From Spiroplasma sp. DGKH1 (lineage in GTDB: Bacteria > Bacillota_I > Bacilli_A > Mycoplasmatales > Mycoplasmataceae), in assembly GCF_040940205.1 (NCBI RefSeq), contig NZ_JASTWG010000007.1, forward strand, positions 38,901 to 62,900: 24,000 nt of DNA, in the 5' to 3' direction. Within the stretch, counting starts at the first letter, position 1. Every line of letters starts with the position of its first letter. A program made the translations under genes and the position numbers. Shown here in pieces: positions 1 through 10,129 of this stretch. The notes below the pieces were generated by a model. It was not told the origin of the DNA, ran no database searches, and saw only the letters and a program-made list of their open reading frames with translations.

Positions 1-39
1 ATTCATCCCAAGTTAAATAATCGGCGCGCTTCGGCATTA

Positions 40-1404
40 TTATTTCCGATTTCCAAACAGATTAAACAAATTAGAGAAGAAAGTGCCAGTTGTTCGTAAT
101 CCCGGTGGTCATTCATTGCGTGGATAGTGGTAGTAATTTAGGAGCATATCCTGGATGGCTCCTTTTGAAGTTAACCCTGCGTTTCAGTAAACAATTAAGG
201 CATTGACGACCGGAGCATTTAATGGTGGTGAATAACGGTGAATTGATAATAAGACAATGCCAATAATTAGAACCGCTGTTAAAATAAAGATTGGGTATAA
301 AATTGAGAGGTTAATCTTTTTAATTTTAAATTCAAATAAGAAACCGAGTGCACTCCCAATAAAGAAACCACTAAAAACAACTAAATACGAAGGAAAATTG
401 CTAGTAATTAATGGTAAAATAATTAACCAAATGGGAACAATAATTGTTCGTTGGTTAGAAACGAGAGAAGCTAAATCTTCTTTCCCAAAATTATAACTAA
501 ATAAGGCTCCCCATAAAATTGCTAACACGACAAATGATCCCGAAAAAATCGTATTAGGCATTGTTGCGGATAAGAATAATCCCGCGAGCGGAACACCAAT
601 AATAACAATCAGAGCTAATTTTCACCGTCCTAAGACTGCTTCATTATACCGAGAAATATTAAATAAAATAAAGATATTTAAAATTAATAAAAAGATATTA
701 CTATCAAACAAGGGATAAGTTCATAACCGTCACCACTGTTGGGACCAAACAAGTAAATCACGGGTAATTCCCCCATAAACAAGAGTGATCGAGTCCGCAT
801 CCAGACCCTTGGTTTGAAATAGTTGATTACCAAAGAAAACTTGAATAATCGGGATTACTAATAATAACACGACAAAAATTCAAGTGACCATTAAGTTATT
901 CATACTTAATTTATCACTTAACTGTTTTAAATTTTTTGTTAACTTACTATTGGGGTCTTTAATATCCTCTAAAATTTGCTCAGCGGACATATTTTTGATG
1001 TTTTCTTCTTCCCCACTATCGCTTTGCTGTAAACTAGGGAAGAATTCCGCCACTTTATTTTGATAATTATTATTATCAACAAATAATGTCACATCGCCAT
1101 TATCGTTGCGGACTTGCTGAGAATTATTAGCAATTAAAACAATTGATAACACATTCAATTTGGCACGCTGAAACTTTTTCGTTAAATACTCACGTAATGA
1201 AAGGACAACTTCATCATCAATCTGATAACGTCCCGGATCACTATTAAAATTATCAACAATTTTAATGATCTGAAACTGTTTATTATCAACTTTATATAAA
1301 TAAACATTATTATTACTACGCGGTTTAACCTTATAAACATTGTACTTTTCAACTTTTATAAAGTAGTCAACTAGCGATAATTTTTCTTTATCAAAACTAT
1401 TCAT
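40..1404 (-). CDS. Rhomboid-family-like polytopic membrane protein with ~175-aa N-terminal soluble domain (454 aa in table 4)
   Basis: Track ORFs 880..1404 and 184..561 share one frame and are joined only by TGA codons (880-882, 730-732, 721-723, 622-624, 184-186, 109-111). Hand translation found no TAA/TAG until TAA at 40-42. The C-terminal half is multi-TM and carries QQWWRLWTYPLF (rhomboid WR motif), LLILNIF and IFSGSF (GxSG-like). AAAGGA RBS before ATG 1404. The start overlaps the rluD stop by 8 nt. Confidence 0.55.
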
Positions 1405-2332
1405 ATGATGTTCCTTTCTCTGCTAACTCAGCTAGTTTATTGCGAAACTCCAGCGGGAGTTCGGAAGTAAATGTTAGCTGTTCACCCGTGTGGGGCTGAG
1501 TTAAAACTAATTGGTAAGCATGCAAATATTGCCCAAACGGAATGTTTTTATCTTCAGGATAACCATATAACGGATCACCAAGAACTGGATGGTTAATATA
1601 TTTTAAATGCACCCGAATTTGATGGGTTCGTCCAGTTTCCAAATTACATTCTATATAAGTATAATCTTTAAATCGTTGAATTACAACAATATTTGTAACT
1701 GCATTTTTAGAATTTTTACTAGTGACACTCATTTTCTTGCGATCATTGGGGTCCCGGCCAATCGGAGCCGTGATTTTTGCTTTATCTACCGCAATTACCC
1801 CGTGCACAATTGCTAAGTACTGACGATGCATTGTTTTTTGCTGAATTTGTTCTTGTAAATGTTGGTGGGCAAAGTCATTTTTGGCAACCACCAATAACCC
1901 TGTTGTTTGGCGATCAATCCGGTGCACAATTCCGGGACGTTCAGCACCCCCAATTGTTGACCATTTACGATCGAACGCCAGCAACCCATTTACCAAAGTA
2001 TCTTCATAGTGCCCGGGAGCCGGATGGACAACTAAATTGTTGGGTTTATCAATCACCATTAAATCCTCATCTTCATAAATAATTGATAATGCCATTGGCT
2101 GGGGTTTAATTACTGGGGGTTGTTCTGCTAGTGATCCTAAAATTTGAATGTGATCAGCAATTTTTAGCTGATAATTATTTGTAACAATGTTGTTATTAAC
2201 TAAAATTTGATGGTTATTAATTAATGTTTGAATTTTGGTACGTGATACTGGCTCGGGGCTGGTACTAAAATATTGTTGTAAATACTTATCAATTCGCATT
2301 TCTTGATCACTAATAATTTCTTTGTTATTCAT
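1397..2332 (-). CDS. rluD: 23S rRNA pseudouridine synthase, RluA/RluD family
   Basis: N-terminal S4-like segment (RIDKYL...SRTKIQTLINNHQILVNN) and catalytic HRIDRQTTGLLVVAKN motif. I chose the ATG at 2332 (MNNKEII) because it is preceded by an AGGAAG RBS. The upstream part of the track ORF is lspA read in another frame. Confidence 0.9.
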   Translation of the reverse strand: MNNKEIISDQEMRIDKYLQQYFSTSPEPVSRTKIQTLINNHQILVNNNIVTNNYQLKIADHIQILGSLAEQPPVIKPQPMALSIIYEDEDLMVIDKPNNLVVHPAPGHYEDTLVNGLLAFDRKWSTIGGAERPGIVHRIDRQTTGLLVVAKNDFAHQHLQEQIQQKTMHRQYLAIVHGVIAVDKAKITAPIGRDPNDRKKMSVTSKNSKNAVTNIVVIQRFKDYTYIECNLETGRTHQIRVHLKYINHPVLGDPLYGYPEDKNIPFGQYLHAYQLVLTQPHTGEQLTFTSELPLEFRNKLAELAEKGTSYE

Positions 2333-2903
2333 TTTCTTCCTCTTCTTCTTGGTGATGGCGTATATAATAGTAGCGAATAATTTCAACAATAATAGCAATT
2401 ACTAAAACGACAACTCCAAATGTTACACACATATCCGCAAAATTGAAAATACTATAGGGGGGGAATAATTCCCATGCTAGAAAATCAACAACACCCCCAT
2501 CATTTCACATGCGGTCAATTAAATTTCCAAAACCTCCGGTTGTGATCATAATTAACCCCACCGTGGCAATTTTGTTATTTAAATATAAAAATAAACTAAA
2601 AGCAATTAAAGTAATAAAAACAGCTCCGGTAATGGTGCCGGCCAAATTATCGCTGTTCGCCCCAAAGGCAATTCCCCGGTTAATAACAAATTTAAAATTA
2701 ATAAAACCATCAATAAACTTAACCACGGGGGCAAATTCATCATGGGAAAGATATTTAAAAGCAAGTTGTTTTGTAACAATATCAATGATTAATAAACCAA
2801 TAAAAATTGGCAAGCAGACAACTAGTTTATACTTTCACCGATAATCTCGTGTTTTAAAATGTTCTTTAAGATCGATACCAAATTGCTTAATTCTTTCTCA
2901 CAT
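2325..2903 (-). CDS. lspA: Lipoprotein signal peptidase (signal peptidase II)
   Basis: Track fragment 2505..2813 (NRGIAFG, FGNLIDR motifs) extends through TGA codons at 2505, 2835 and 2898. ATG at 2903 is preceded by AAGGAGAA. TAA at 2325-2327 overlaps the rluD start. Gene order ileS-lspA-rluD matches Bacillus. Confidence 0.85.
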
Positions 2904-2944
2904 TAATGTTTTCTCCTTATTTGATAAAGATATTATCTCATATT

Positions 2945-5659
2945 TTACTTATATAATACATCAAAACATCTTTGACAAATCTCATTATTTTCCGATAATT
3001 GATCAACAATCATCCAGCAACGAGCACATTTGAGCCCAACTTTTTCCTGAACTTTTAAATAACTAGTTGGATATGGGGTTAACCCTTCCTTATTATTAGT
3101 AAAGATAATTTCACTGACAATAAAGATTTGGTGTAAATCTTCAATATCTTGTAATTCTTGGTAGTCTGGTTGGAAGTGAATTGTTAATTGACAAGCTAAT
3201 GATTTGGTAATTGCTTTCGCTTCCCGTTGAACTTCTAACTCCTTATTAACATCATCGCGAAGTTTTAAGACTTTATCTCATTTTGCAATTAAATTATCAT
3301 TCACAACAACTGGAATTTCATGTTCTGGTTCTAAATGAACTGATGGGGCTTTGTGATCATAGTTAATAAAACGGTGCGCTTCTTCGACCGTATGGGGCAG
3401 CAATGGTTTTAAAACATCAATTAAAGTGCGATAAATATGGTATAAAGTTGATTGAACAGCACGCCGACGGGGGGCTTTTGCTTTTTCAATATATAAAATA
3501 TCCTTAATAAAATCTAAATAAAATTTTGATAATGTGTTAATAACAAAGTTATTAATTAAAATATAAACATTATTAAAATTATAATCCTCATAAGCATTAT
3601 CAACTTTTTTCTTAAATTGTTGGGTTAAATGCAAAGTATATAAATCAACTTCCGCTAACTGGTCAGTATAATCTTTGTCAACATTAAAATCACTTAGGTT
3701 AGCTAAAATAAAACGTAAGGTATTACGAATTTTCCGGTATGATTCCGCACATTGTTTGATAATTTCAGGACCAATTTTAACATCATCGGTGTAATCAACC
3801 GAGGCCACCCACATTCGTAAAATATCACTACCATATTCATCGACAATATCAAGCGGAGAAATGGTATTTCCAAGCGATTTGGACATTTTACGTCCTTTTT
3901 CATCATTCACAAACCCGTGGGATAGGACTGTTTTATAAGGCGCATGGTTATTATCAATTACTGCTGTAATTAACGAAGAGTTGAACCAACCGCGGAACTG
4001 GTCATTTCCTTCTAAATAGACATCAACTGGATAACTAAGATGGCGATTTTTAATGACTGCTAAGTTACTAACCCCACTATCAAATCACACATCCATAATA
4101 TCTTGTTCTTTTCGCCAACCCTGATGCTGATAAGCAGCTGGTAATAACTGATCTGCTGACCAGGTAAACCAAATATTAGTTGTTTGTTCTTGTTTAAATA
4201 ATTTTAAAACATGGTCAATTAGTTCCAAACTAACTTGCGGAGTATTATTTTCATCATAAAAAGCAATAATTGGAACCCCCCATAATCGCTGGCGAGAAAT
4301 ACACCAGTCATCCCGGTTAGCAATCATATCCAACATTCGTTTTTGGGCCCATTCGGGATTTCAATTAACTTTTTTAATTTCTTTCAATAATTGGGGTTTT
4401 AATTTTTCAATTGAAACAAACCATTGGGCAGTAGCACGATAAATGATTGGTTTTTTTGTTCGTCAGTCAATTCCTTGGCGATGCTTAATAAATTTTAACT
4501 TTAATAAATGTCCTGTGTGTTCTAATTTTTGTCCGATAATTTTATTGGCATCTTCATAAAAGACACCAACTAAACTTGGGTCATTAATTTCCGCGCTATA
4601 TTTACCCTGATCATCAAGGGGAGCATAAATTTCAACACCGTTAGCTTTGGCAATTAAATAATCATCTTCCCCAAACCCAGAAGCAATATGAACAATCCCA
4701 GTTCCACTGTCGGTGGTAACATGGTGCCCAGCAACAACTTTTGAAATAAGCTTAGGATTCCAAGCATGTTCAGTTTCAATCCCCACTAAATCTTTCCCAC
4801 TAATTTCTTTCACCACATGGTAGTCTGTTCAGCCAATTGTGGCGCTTACTGTTGCTAGTAAATCACTAGCAACCACATATTCTTGCCCCGCAACCTTGAC
4901 CACACTGTAAGAAATTTTTTCACCAACGGCTAATAACTGGTTCATTGGGATTGTTCAAGGAGTTGTTGTTCAAATAATAATTTTACTATTTACTGCTAAG
5001 TGTTTATTACCGTTGATAACTTTAAAAGTAACATAGATTGAGGGGGTTGTTACATCTTCATATTCAATTTCCGCTTCGGCCAGGGCTGATTCTGATGTTG
5101 GTGATCAATACACTGGTTTTAAATACCGGTAAACTAAATTTTTCTCAACCATTGTTTTAAATAACTCTAACTGACTAATTTCATAGTCCAAATCTAAGGT
5201 AACATATTTATCATTAAAATCTGTTAGTAATCCTAAGCGACTAAACTGGTTAATTTGATTATTAATTTGGTTAAGGGCATACTGCTTACAAATTTCGCGG
5301 AATTCACCTGGAGGCGTTGCTTTCCGGTCAACACCGCTATTAACAACTGCACTTTCAATTGGTAACCCGTGGGTATCTCAGCCACAAATTCAGGGCGCAT
5401 AGTATCCTTTGTTGGTGTAATAGCGAACAATAAAATCTTTTAAAATTTTGTTTAAACTATGACCAACATGGAGATTACCATTAGCATAAGGAGGGCCATC
5501 ATGCAAAATAAACTGATGATGTTTTTTATTTTTAGTTAAAATTTGGTGCACAAGGTTAGTAGTTAACCATTCCTGCTGGATGGTTGGTTCCTTCGTGTTT
5601 AAATTTGCTTTCATTTCAAATAATGTTGTTGGCATTAATAAAGTATCTTTGTAATTCAT
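2945..5659 (-). CDS. ileS: Isoleucine--tRNA ligase (904 aa)
   Basis: Five same-frame track fragments (3278..3910, 4085..4336, 4463..4816, 5390..5659 and others). HIGH motif (NGNLHVGH), KMSKS motif (KMSKSLGN), C-terminal Zn-finger CARCW...[10 protein letters not shown], then TAA at 2945. The 2715-nt span is an exact multiple of 3. Confidence 0.97.
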
Positions 5660-5661
5660 TG

Positions 5662-5885
5662 TGAAGTCCTTTCTGAATAAAAAAAGTAAGCGGGGTAAGA
5701 GTGTTCAAAACACGGTACCATCTTACTTCATAAACAAATATAATTGTTTATCTCAATTAAACCTTTTGCAATTGTTCATAAAAGTGATAATTAAATCGTA
5801 ATTATAGTTAGCTTCCATCATCCTAACCTTGCTGAGATAAGTACTTGATTTAACCGTGGCTTTTACTTTATAAATTAAATATACA
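5662..5885 (-). promoter_or_regulatory. T-box leader (tRNA-sensing riboswitch) upstream of ileS
   Basis: The minus strand reads AAGUAAGAUGGUACCGUG (plus 5711-5728), a close match to the T-box consensus ..GGUGGUACCGCG with a UGGU bulge. It overlaps the 5' arm of a terminator hairpin followed by a U-run just before the ileS RBS. An upstream AAAUCAAGUA element holds an AUC (Ile) codon followed by a purine. I did not fold Stem I. Confidence 0.6.
5678..5728 (-). terminator. Intrinsic terminator of the ileS T-box leader
   Basis: AAGTAAG (plus 5684-5690) pairs with CTTACTT (5722-5728). Inner GGTA/TACC and GTG/CAC pairs are present, and a U-run follows (A-run 5678-5683 on plus). The 5' arm contains the T-box core, as an antiterminator/terminator switch requires. 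Confidence 0.55.
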
Positions 5886-5889
5886 CTAA

Positions 5890-6285
5890 TTATTTAATTT
5901 TGTTAATAATTTCTTTCTTAATCATTTCACTAATTCGTTCCCCATCATTAATCGAAAAGGCATAAATTCGCTTGTTTCGTTCGAGAAAATCATCAATTGC
6001 TTTTAAAACATTCTGGGGATTATGACGATTAGCATCAATTTCATCTAACAACCAGGCAATTTCTTCTTTAAAAGCATAAGAAAAATCAACCGCTTTCATA
6101 ATAATCCGCCCAGCATTATGACTGGCTACTTCAAATGCTTCGCGAGATTTTTCCACATTATAGCGCGAAACATGCTCTAAATGCTGGAGTTCTTGGATTT
6201 GCTGAATTAATTCCTGATTATCTTTTGTTAACTTTGCAATAATTTCACTTTGTTCTTGAATTATTTGTTTTAAATCTTGACTCAT
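5890..6285 (-). CDS. Coiled-coil protein in the divIVA position of the dcw cluster (131 aa); family not recognisable
   Basis: ATG at 6285 (MSQDLKQ) preceded by GGGAG. Q/E/L-rich heptad-like N-terminal half. It sits between ylmH and ileS, where Bacillus has divIVA, but the canonical DivIVA N-terminal motif is not visible. Confidence 0.55.
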   Translation of the reverse strand: MSQDLKQIIQEQSEIIAKLTKDNQELIQQIQELQHLEHVSRYNVEKSREAFEVASHNAGRIIMKAVDFSYAFKEEIAWLLDEIDANRHNPQNVLKAIDDFLERNKRIYAFSINDGERISEMIKKEIINKIK

Positions 6286-6298
6286 AACCTGCTCCCAT

Positions 6299-7048
6299 CT
6301 ATTTAAATTTAGCAATTGTTAGCCGATAGTTATCATTTTTATTTTTGATAATTGCCGCAATCCGAAAACGACCATACTTTCTTATTGATATTATATTATC
6401 ATAAGATACTAAAAATGTCTTGGTGTTGATCACGGAAAAATTAACAAAAACATTATTTTTTTGAATCAGCGCTTGGGCGTTATCCCGCGAAAGATGACAA
6501 ATCGCACTAACTACTGCATCAAGGCGTAAACTTTTAACATTTTTAGTAAATTCATCAAATTGGTAATTAATAGTAATTTGATCATTGGTCGGGTGAAAAA
6601 TAACAACCTGGTTATTAATTACTAAGGGGTGGGTTGTCAAAACATTTGCTACTTTTGCTAAACAACTAAGGGCAATTATTTCGCTAGTCACATACAAATC
6701 TCCAAAAACACGGAGTTCTAAACCTAGTTCATTTAATAAATAGCCAAGGAGTTCATTGTGTTGTAAAACTGCACTGGGATTTTGGTTGGCAACCAGTACG
6801 ACAAGATTAGGTGTGGGGGTGTTGATTGTAATTGTGGAACGAAAACTATTAACCATGCCGGGATGCTGATAATAATTAGTAACCCCGGCTTTTTTAAAAA
6901 CAGCTTTCAGAATTTCAATTTGGCGTAAATCAAGAAAATCGGTCTGAACAACCAAGTTTTGCTTTGCCTGTTCACACCAACCTTTTAGTTTATTAATAAA
7001 TTGATATTCTGTTTGATAATGTGTTAGTAAAACTTCTTTATTAACCAT
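6299..7048 (-). CDS. ylmH: YlmH-like S4-domain RNA-binding protein
   Basis: C-terminal S4 motif RLDAVVSAICHLSRDNAQALIQKNNVFVNFSV...ISIRKYGRFRI. Located directly after sepF, as in Firmicutes. ATG 7048 lies 2 nt after the sepF stop, with an AAGG RBS. Confidence 0.7.
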   Translation of the reverse strand: MVNKEVLLTHYQTEYQFINKLKGWCEQAKQNLVVQTDFLDLRQIEILKAVFKKAGVTNYYQHPGMVNSFRSTITINTPTPNLVVLVANQNPSAVLQHNELLGYLLNELGLELRVFGDLYVTSEIIALSCLAKVANVLTTHPLVINNQVVIFHPTNDQITINYQFDEFTKNVKSLRLDAVVSAICHLSRDNAQALIQKNNVFVNFSVINTKTFLVSYDNIISIRKYGRFRIAAIIKNKNDNYRLTIAKFK

Positions 7049-7049
7049 C

Positions 7050-7472
7050 TTAACCTTGCAAGACAAATTCGTAAGTTTTATTTGCTAACTTACTAACTTT
7101 TCCATTCAAAGCATACATTACCCCACTTAAAAAATCTAGTAACCGAATCCGTTCTTCTTTCGACAACTCTGTTAATTTTACCTGTAAATGGCGATTTTTA
7201 ATCAACTGGTCCGCTAATTGGGCTCCGTCATGAAAACTCTCAGGAAGAATCACAATGTTTTGGAGTTCATCGTTACTTCCATTTGCCAAATCAGCTTTGC
7301 TAAGCTGATCAATATTTTCAAAATCAACGCGGTTAAGGTTACTAGTTTCGATATTATCATTGGTTTTTTCATAGTCAAGATCATTATTATCCCGCTGAGG
7401 GTTTTCTGAAAAATCAATGCGGTTGGCCGGTTGGTCAACTACTGTTGAACGTTTCTTTTTAAAAATTCCCAT
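7050..7472 (-). CDS. sepF: Cell division protein SepF
   Basis: C-terminal SepF domain (VILPESFHDGAQLADQLIKNRHLQVKLTEL...RLLDFLSGVMYALNGKVSKL). Immediately downstream of ftsZ. Confidence 0.8.
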   Translation of the reverse strand: MGIFKKKRSTVVDQPANRIDFSENPQRDNNDLDYEKTNDNIETSNLNRVDFENIDQLSKADLANGSNDELQNIVILPESFHDGAQLADQLIKNRHLQVKLTELSKEERIRLLDFLSGVMYALNGKVSKLANKTYEFVLQG

Positions 7473-7474
7473 AA

Positions 7475-8710
7475 TTATCAGCTTCTTCTCACAAATGGTG
7501 GCAAGTCATCGTCATCATCATCGTCGTCTTGACTATTTTCATAAGCTTTTCCAGAAACATGTTCTCTTCACGCGTTAATGCGACGATTAGCATTCTCATG
7601 ACCATTACTTTCGGAATTGAAATAACTTGGTCGTTTACGAACCACTTCGGGATCACCGGCAGTTTCTTCTTCATCGTTAATTGGTTCATCATCATCTTGG
7701 TGATACTCTTCTTCACTAGCACGGTAATTAGTTCCTTCCGCACCAAAATTATGGTAGTCATCATCAAAACCAGTTGCAATAACTGTCACAATCATCTCAT
7801 CTTCTAAATGTTCATTGACAGCGGTTCCAAAAATAATATTAACTTCGCCCCCAATTGCTTGTTTAACAATATCAACGGCATCGTTAGCATCGTTTAGGGT
7901 TAAAGTATTACCTCCTGTGACATTAATAATGGCATCTTTCGCACCCCGAATTGAAGCTTCTAATAATGGCGAAATAATTGCTTTATTGGCTGCTTCAATT
8001 GCCTTGTCTTTTCCCGAACCAATTCCAATTCCAAATAAGGCGTTTCCCTTGTTTTTCATGACAGTTTTAATATCGGCAAAATCTAAGTTAATTAACGAAG
8101 GAACAGCAATTAAATCAGTGATTGTTTGAACACCTTGACGCAGAATATTATCGGCTTCTTTAAAGGAATCTTTTAAAGGGACTCCCCCAATGACTTCTAA
8201 CAAGCGATCGTTTGAAATAATAATTAACGAATCAACATGTTGGCGGAGTTCTTCAGTTCCCTGAATGGCATAACTATTCCGCGCACGTCCTTCAAAAGTA
8301 AACGGCGTTGTAATAATCCCAACTGTTAAAGCCCCCATTTCGCGGGCAATTTTTGCAATAATTGGCGCGGCGCCGGTTCCAGTTCCCCCGCCCATTCCGG
8401 CGGCCACAAAAACCATGTCGGCTCCTTTTAAGACTTCTTTAATTTCATCGGTTGATTCAATTGCGGCTTGGCGACCAATATCAGGGTTAGCACCGGCCCC
8501 CAAACCTTTTGAAGTTTCCTTACCTAGGACAATCTTTTGTCTTGATTTAGAAACACTAATAATTTGAGCATCGGTGTTAGCAACAATAAATTCTACTCCC
8601 TGTACTCCTGCTTCAATCATCCGGTTAACTGCGTTATTACCAGCACCTCCAACCCCAATTACTTTAATTGACGCTACTTGCTCATAATTATCAAAATTTT
8701 CGATTGCCAT
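7475..8710 (-). CDS. ftsZ: Cell division GTPase FtsZ (411 aa in table 4)
   Basis: [10 protein letters not shown] tubulin signature and NTDAQ motif. GGAGGT RBS before ATG 8710. The track stops at TGA 7568, but read-through gives ...[34 protein letters not shown], then TAA at 7475-7477. This supplies the conserved FtsZ C-terminal peptide (D-[IL]-P-x-F-[LV]-R-R). Confidence 0.97.
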
Positions 8711-8794
8711 AATTTTACCTCCATAATATATGTTTTATTTTTTCTTTTGAATATATTGTACTATGTTCTTGCTAAATTTGCACGCTGTTTTAAT

Positions 8795-10084
8795 TTAATT
8801 GCTTTGGTTAATAATTGGTTGGTTTTGATAACCTTGGTAGGTTGGTTGACGATATTCTGGTTGGCGAGCAGCTGGAACACTTGGTTGGGATTGGTGGGGC
8901 GGAAAACTAACGTATTGTTCATCCACTGATTGAATATTAACCCCACTCACTTTGTTTGCGAGATGTTGATAATAAATGTTCCCTAGTAAACTGGTACACC
9001 AAATTTCCTTAGCGCCGACAACTTCTGGTAAGTACACCGAAAGACGTTGACCGGGATTCATTTTTAATAACATTTCTTTAAAACCACTAATTTTTAAAAT
9101 TGTCCCGACTACGACAATTGGATAGTCATATTTTTCTAAGGTTGTGGTTAGCTTGTGGTTCAAATGTTCTAATTCCCCCGCAATTGTTTGGTTAACAATT
9201 GCTCGTAAATCGGCGTGGGTTAATTTGATTTGTTGTTTTGTTTGCGGATTATATTTACTATAGATAATTAAATTATCGCGCAAATCATTATTTAAATTTA
9301 TTATTTTATATAAATATTTTAAGGCTTGCTTGTTGTCACAATTCATGATTGTTCGTAGTTTGTTAAGAATTTTCTTAACACCCCCCGGAATTACGACTTG
9401 TTCACATAAGGTTTCGCGAACAAAAACATGTGCTTTAATTGCATCATAGTCCCAGTCAACAATAATAATCCCGTTTTGTAAATCATATTGCGAAGCAACA
9501 TTTCAAGCTAAACTAAATGACGATGGTAGGATACCCATAATTTCTACCTTAGCATACTTTAACATATTAAAGATGCTTTTGATAATACTTGTTTTAGTAA
9601 GATAAACAATTGATTTGATGCTAATTTTATGTGCAGCAAATCCAATTGGAGGTTGTGATAATGCTTTTTGTTCATTAAGAATATAGCGATATGGACGGAT
9701 AAAGAAAGCAGTTTGGTCGTCTAATGCGGGAACTTCTTTGGCGAGACTAATTAAAGCATCAATGTCATTTTTGGTAATTAACCGATCTTGTGTTAAATTT
9801 AACATTTTAGTTGATGTTTTAATTTGCAAATGATCGTTGGGAACACTAACGGCAATCCGTTGTAAACTAATTCCTAACTGTTTATTGGCATCTTTAATAA
9901 TGTATGCTAGTTCTTTGGCAACATTTTTTTCATCAATAATAGTTCCGGCGGTGCAAAAACGATACTCCAGGTTCTTTTTGTATAAAACTTTAATTTGTGA
10001 TTCATGGTAAATTCCGACCATAAAATTTAATTCATAGTTTTTAACTTCTAACACCCCGTAGATTTCTTTAAGTTTAAATTCCAT
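8795..10084 (-). CDS. ftsA: Cell division protein FtsA (actin-like ATPase)
   Basis: Fragments 8795..9346 and 9503..10093 are in frame. I hand-translated the gap and found only TGA at 9503. It lies between rsmH and ftsZ and contains VIPGGVKKI. AAGGAGGTG RBS lies 6 nt before ATG 10084, and the GTG at 10093 is part of that RBS. Confidence 0.85.
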
Positions 10085-10129
10085 ATCTTTCACCTCCTTT
10101 GTGTAAAATATCTTTAAATTTTAAAAATA

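Noticed and set aside
17-45. A possible terminator hairpin (aataat...attatt flanking a GC-rich core) just after the rhomboid-like gene stop.
   Set aside because: The GC-rich core does not form a clean stem by hand pairing, and no clear U-run follows. It is also too close to the window edge to judge.
257-2844. Plus-strand track ORFs 257..496, 1607..1816, 1777..2082 and 2509..2844.
   Set aside because: They lie antisense inside well-supported minus-strand genes (rhomboid-like, rluD, lspA). They have no RBS and a low-complexity composition typical of shadow ORFs.
2945-5659. ileS appears as multiple short ORFs, suggesting a frameshifted or degraded pseudogene. The same applies to pheT, ftsA, rsmH, mraZ, lspA and the ABC permease.
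   Set aside because: All pieces are in the same frame and are separated only by TGA. Total lengths are exact multiples of 3 and match expected protein sizes. This is a table 4 artefact, not decay.
7218-8929. Track ORFs 7218..7409(+), 7250..7438(-), 7489..7779(-), 7529..7807(+), 7815..8129(+), 8678..8929(+) and 8761..8946(-), including an odd Met/Thr-rich peptide.
   Set aside because: These are alternative-frame or antisense readings of sepF, ftsZ and ftsA. The Met/Thr-rich product is the off-frame reading of the acidic GAT/GAC-rich FtsZ tail.
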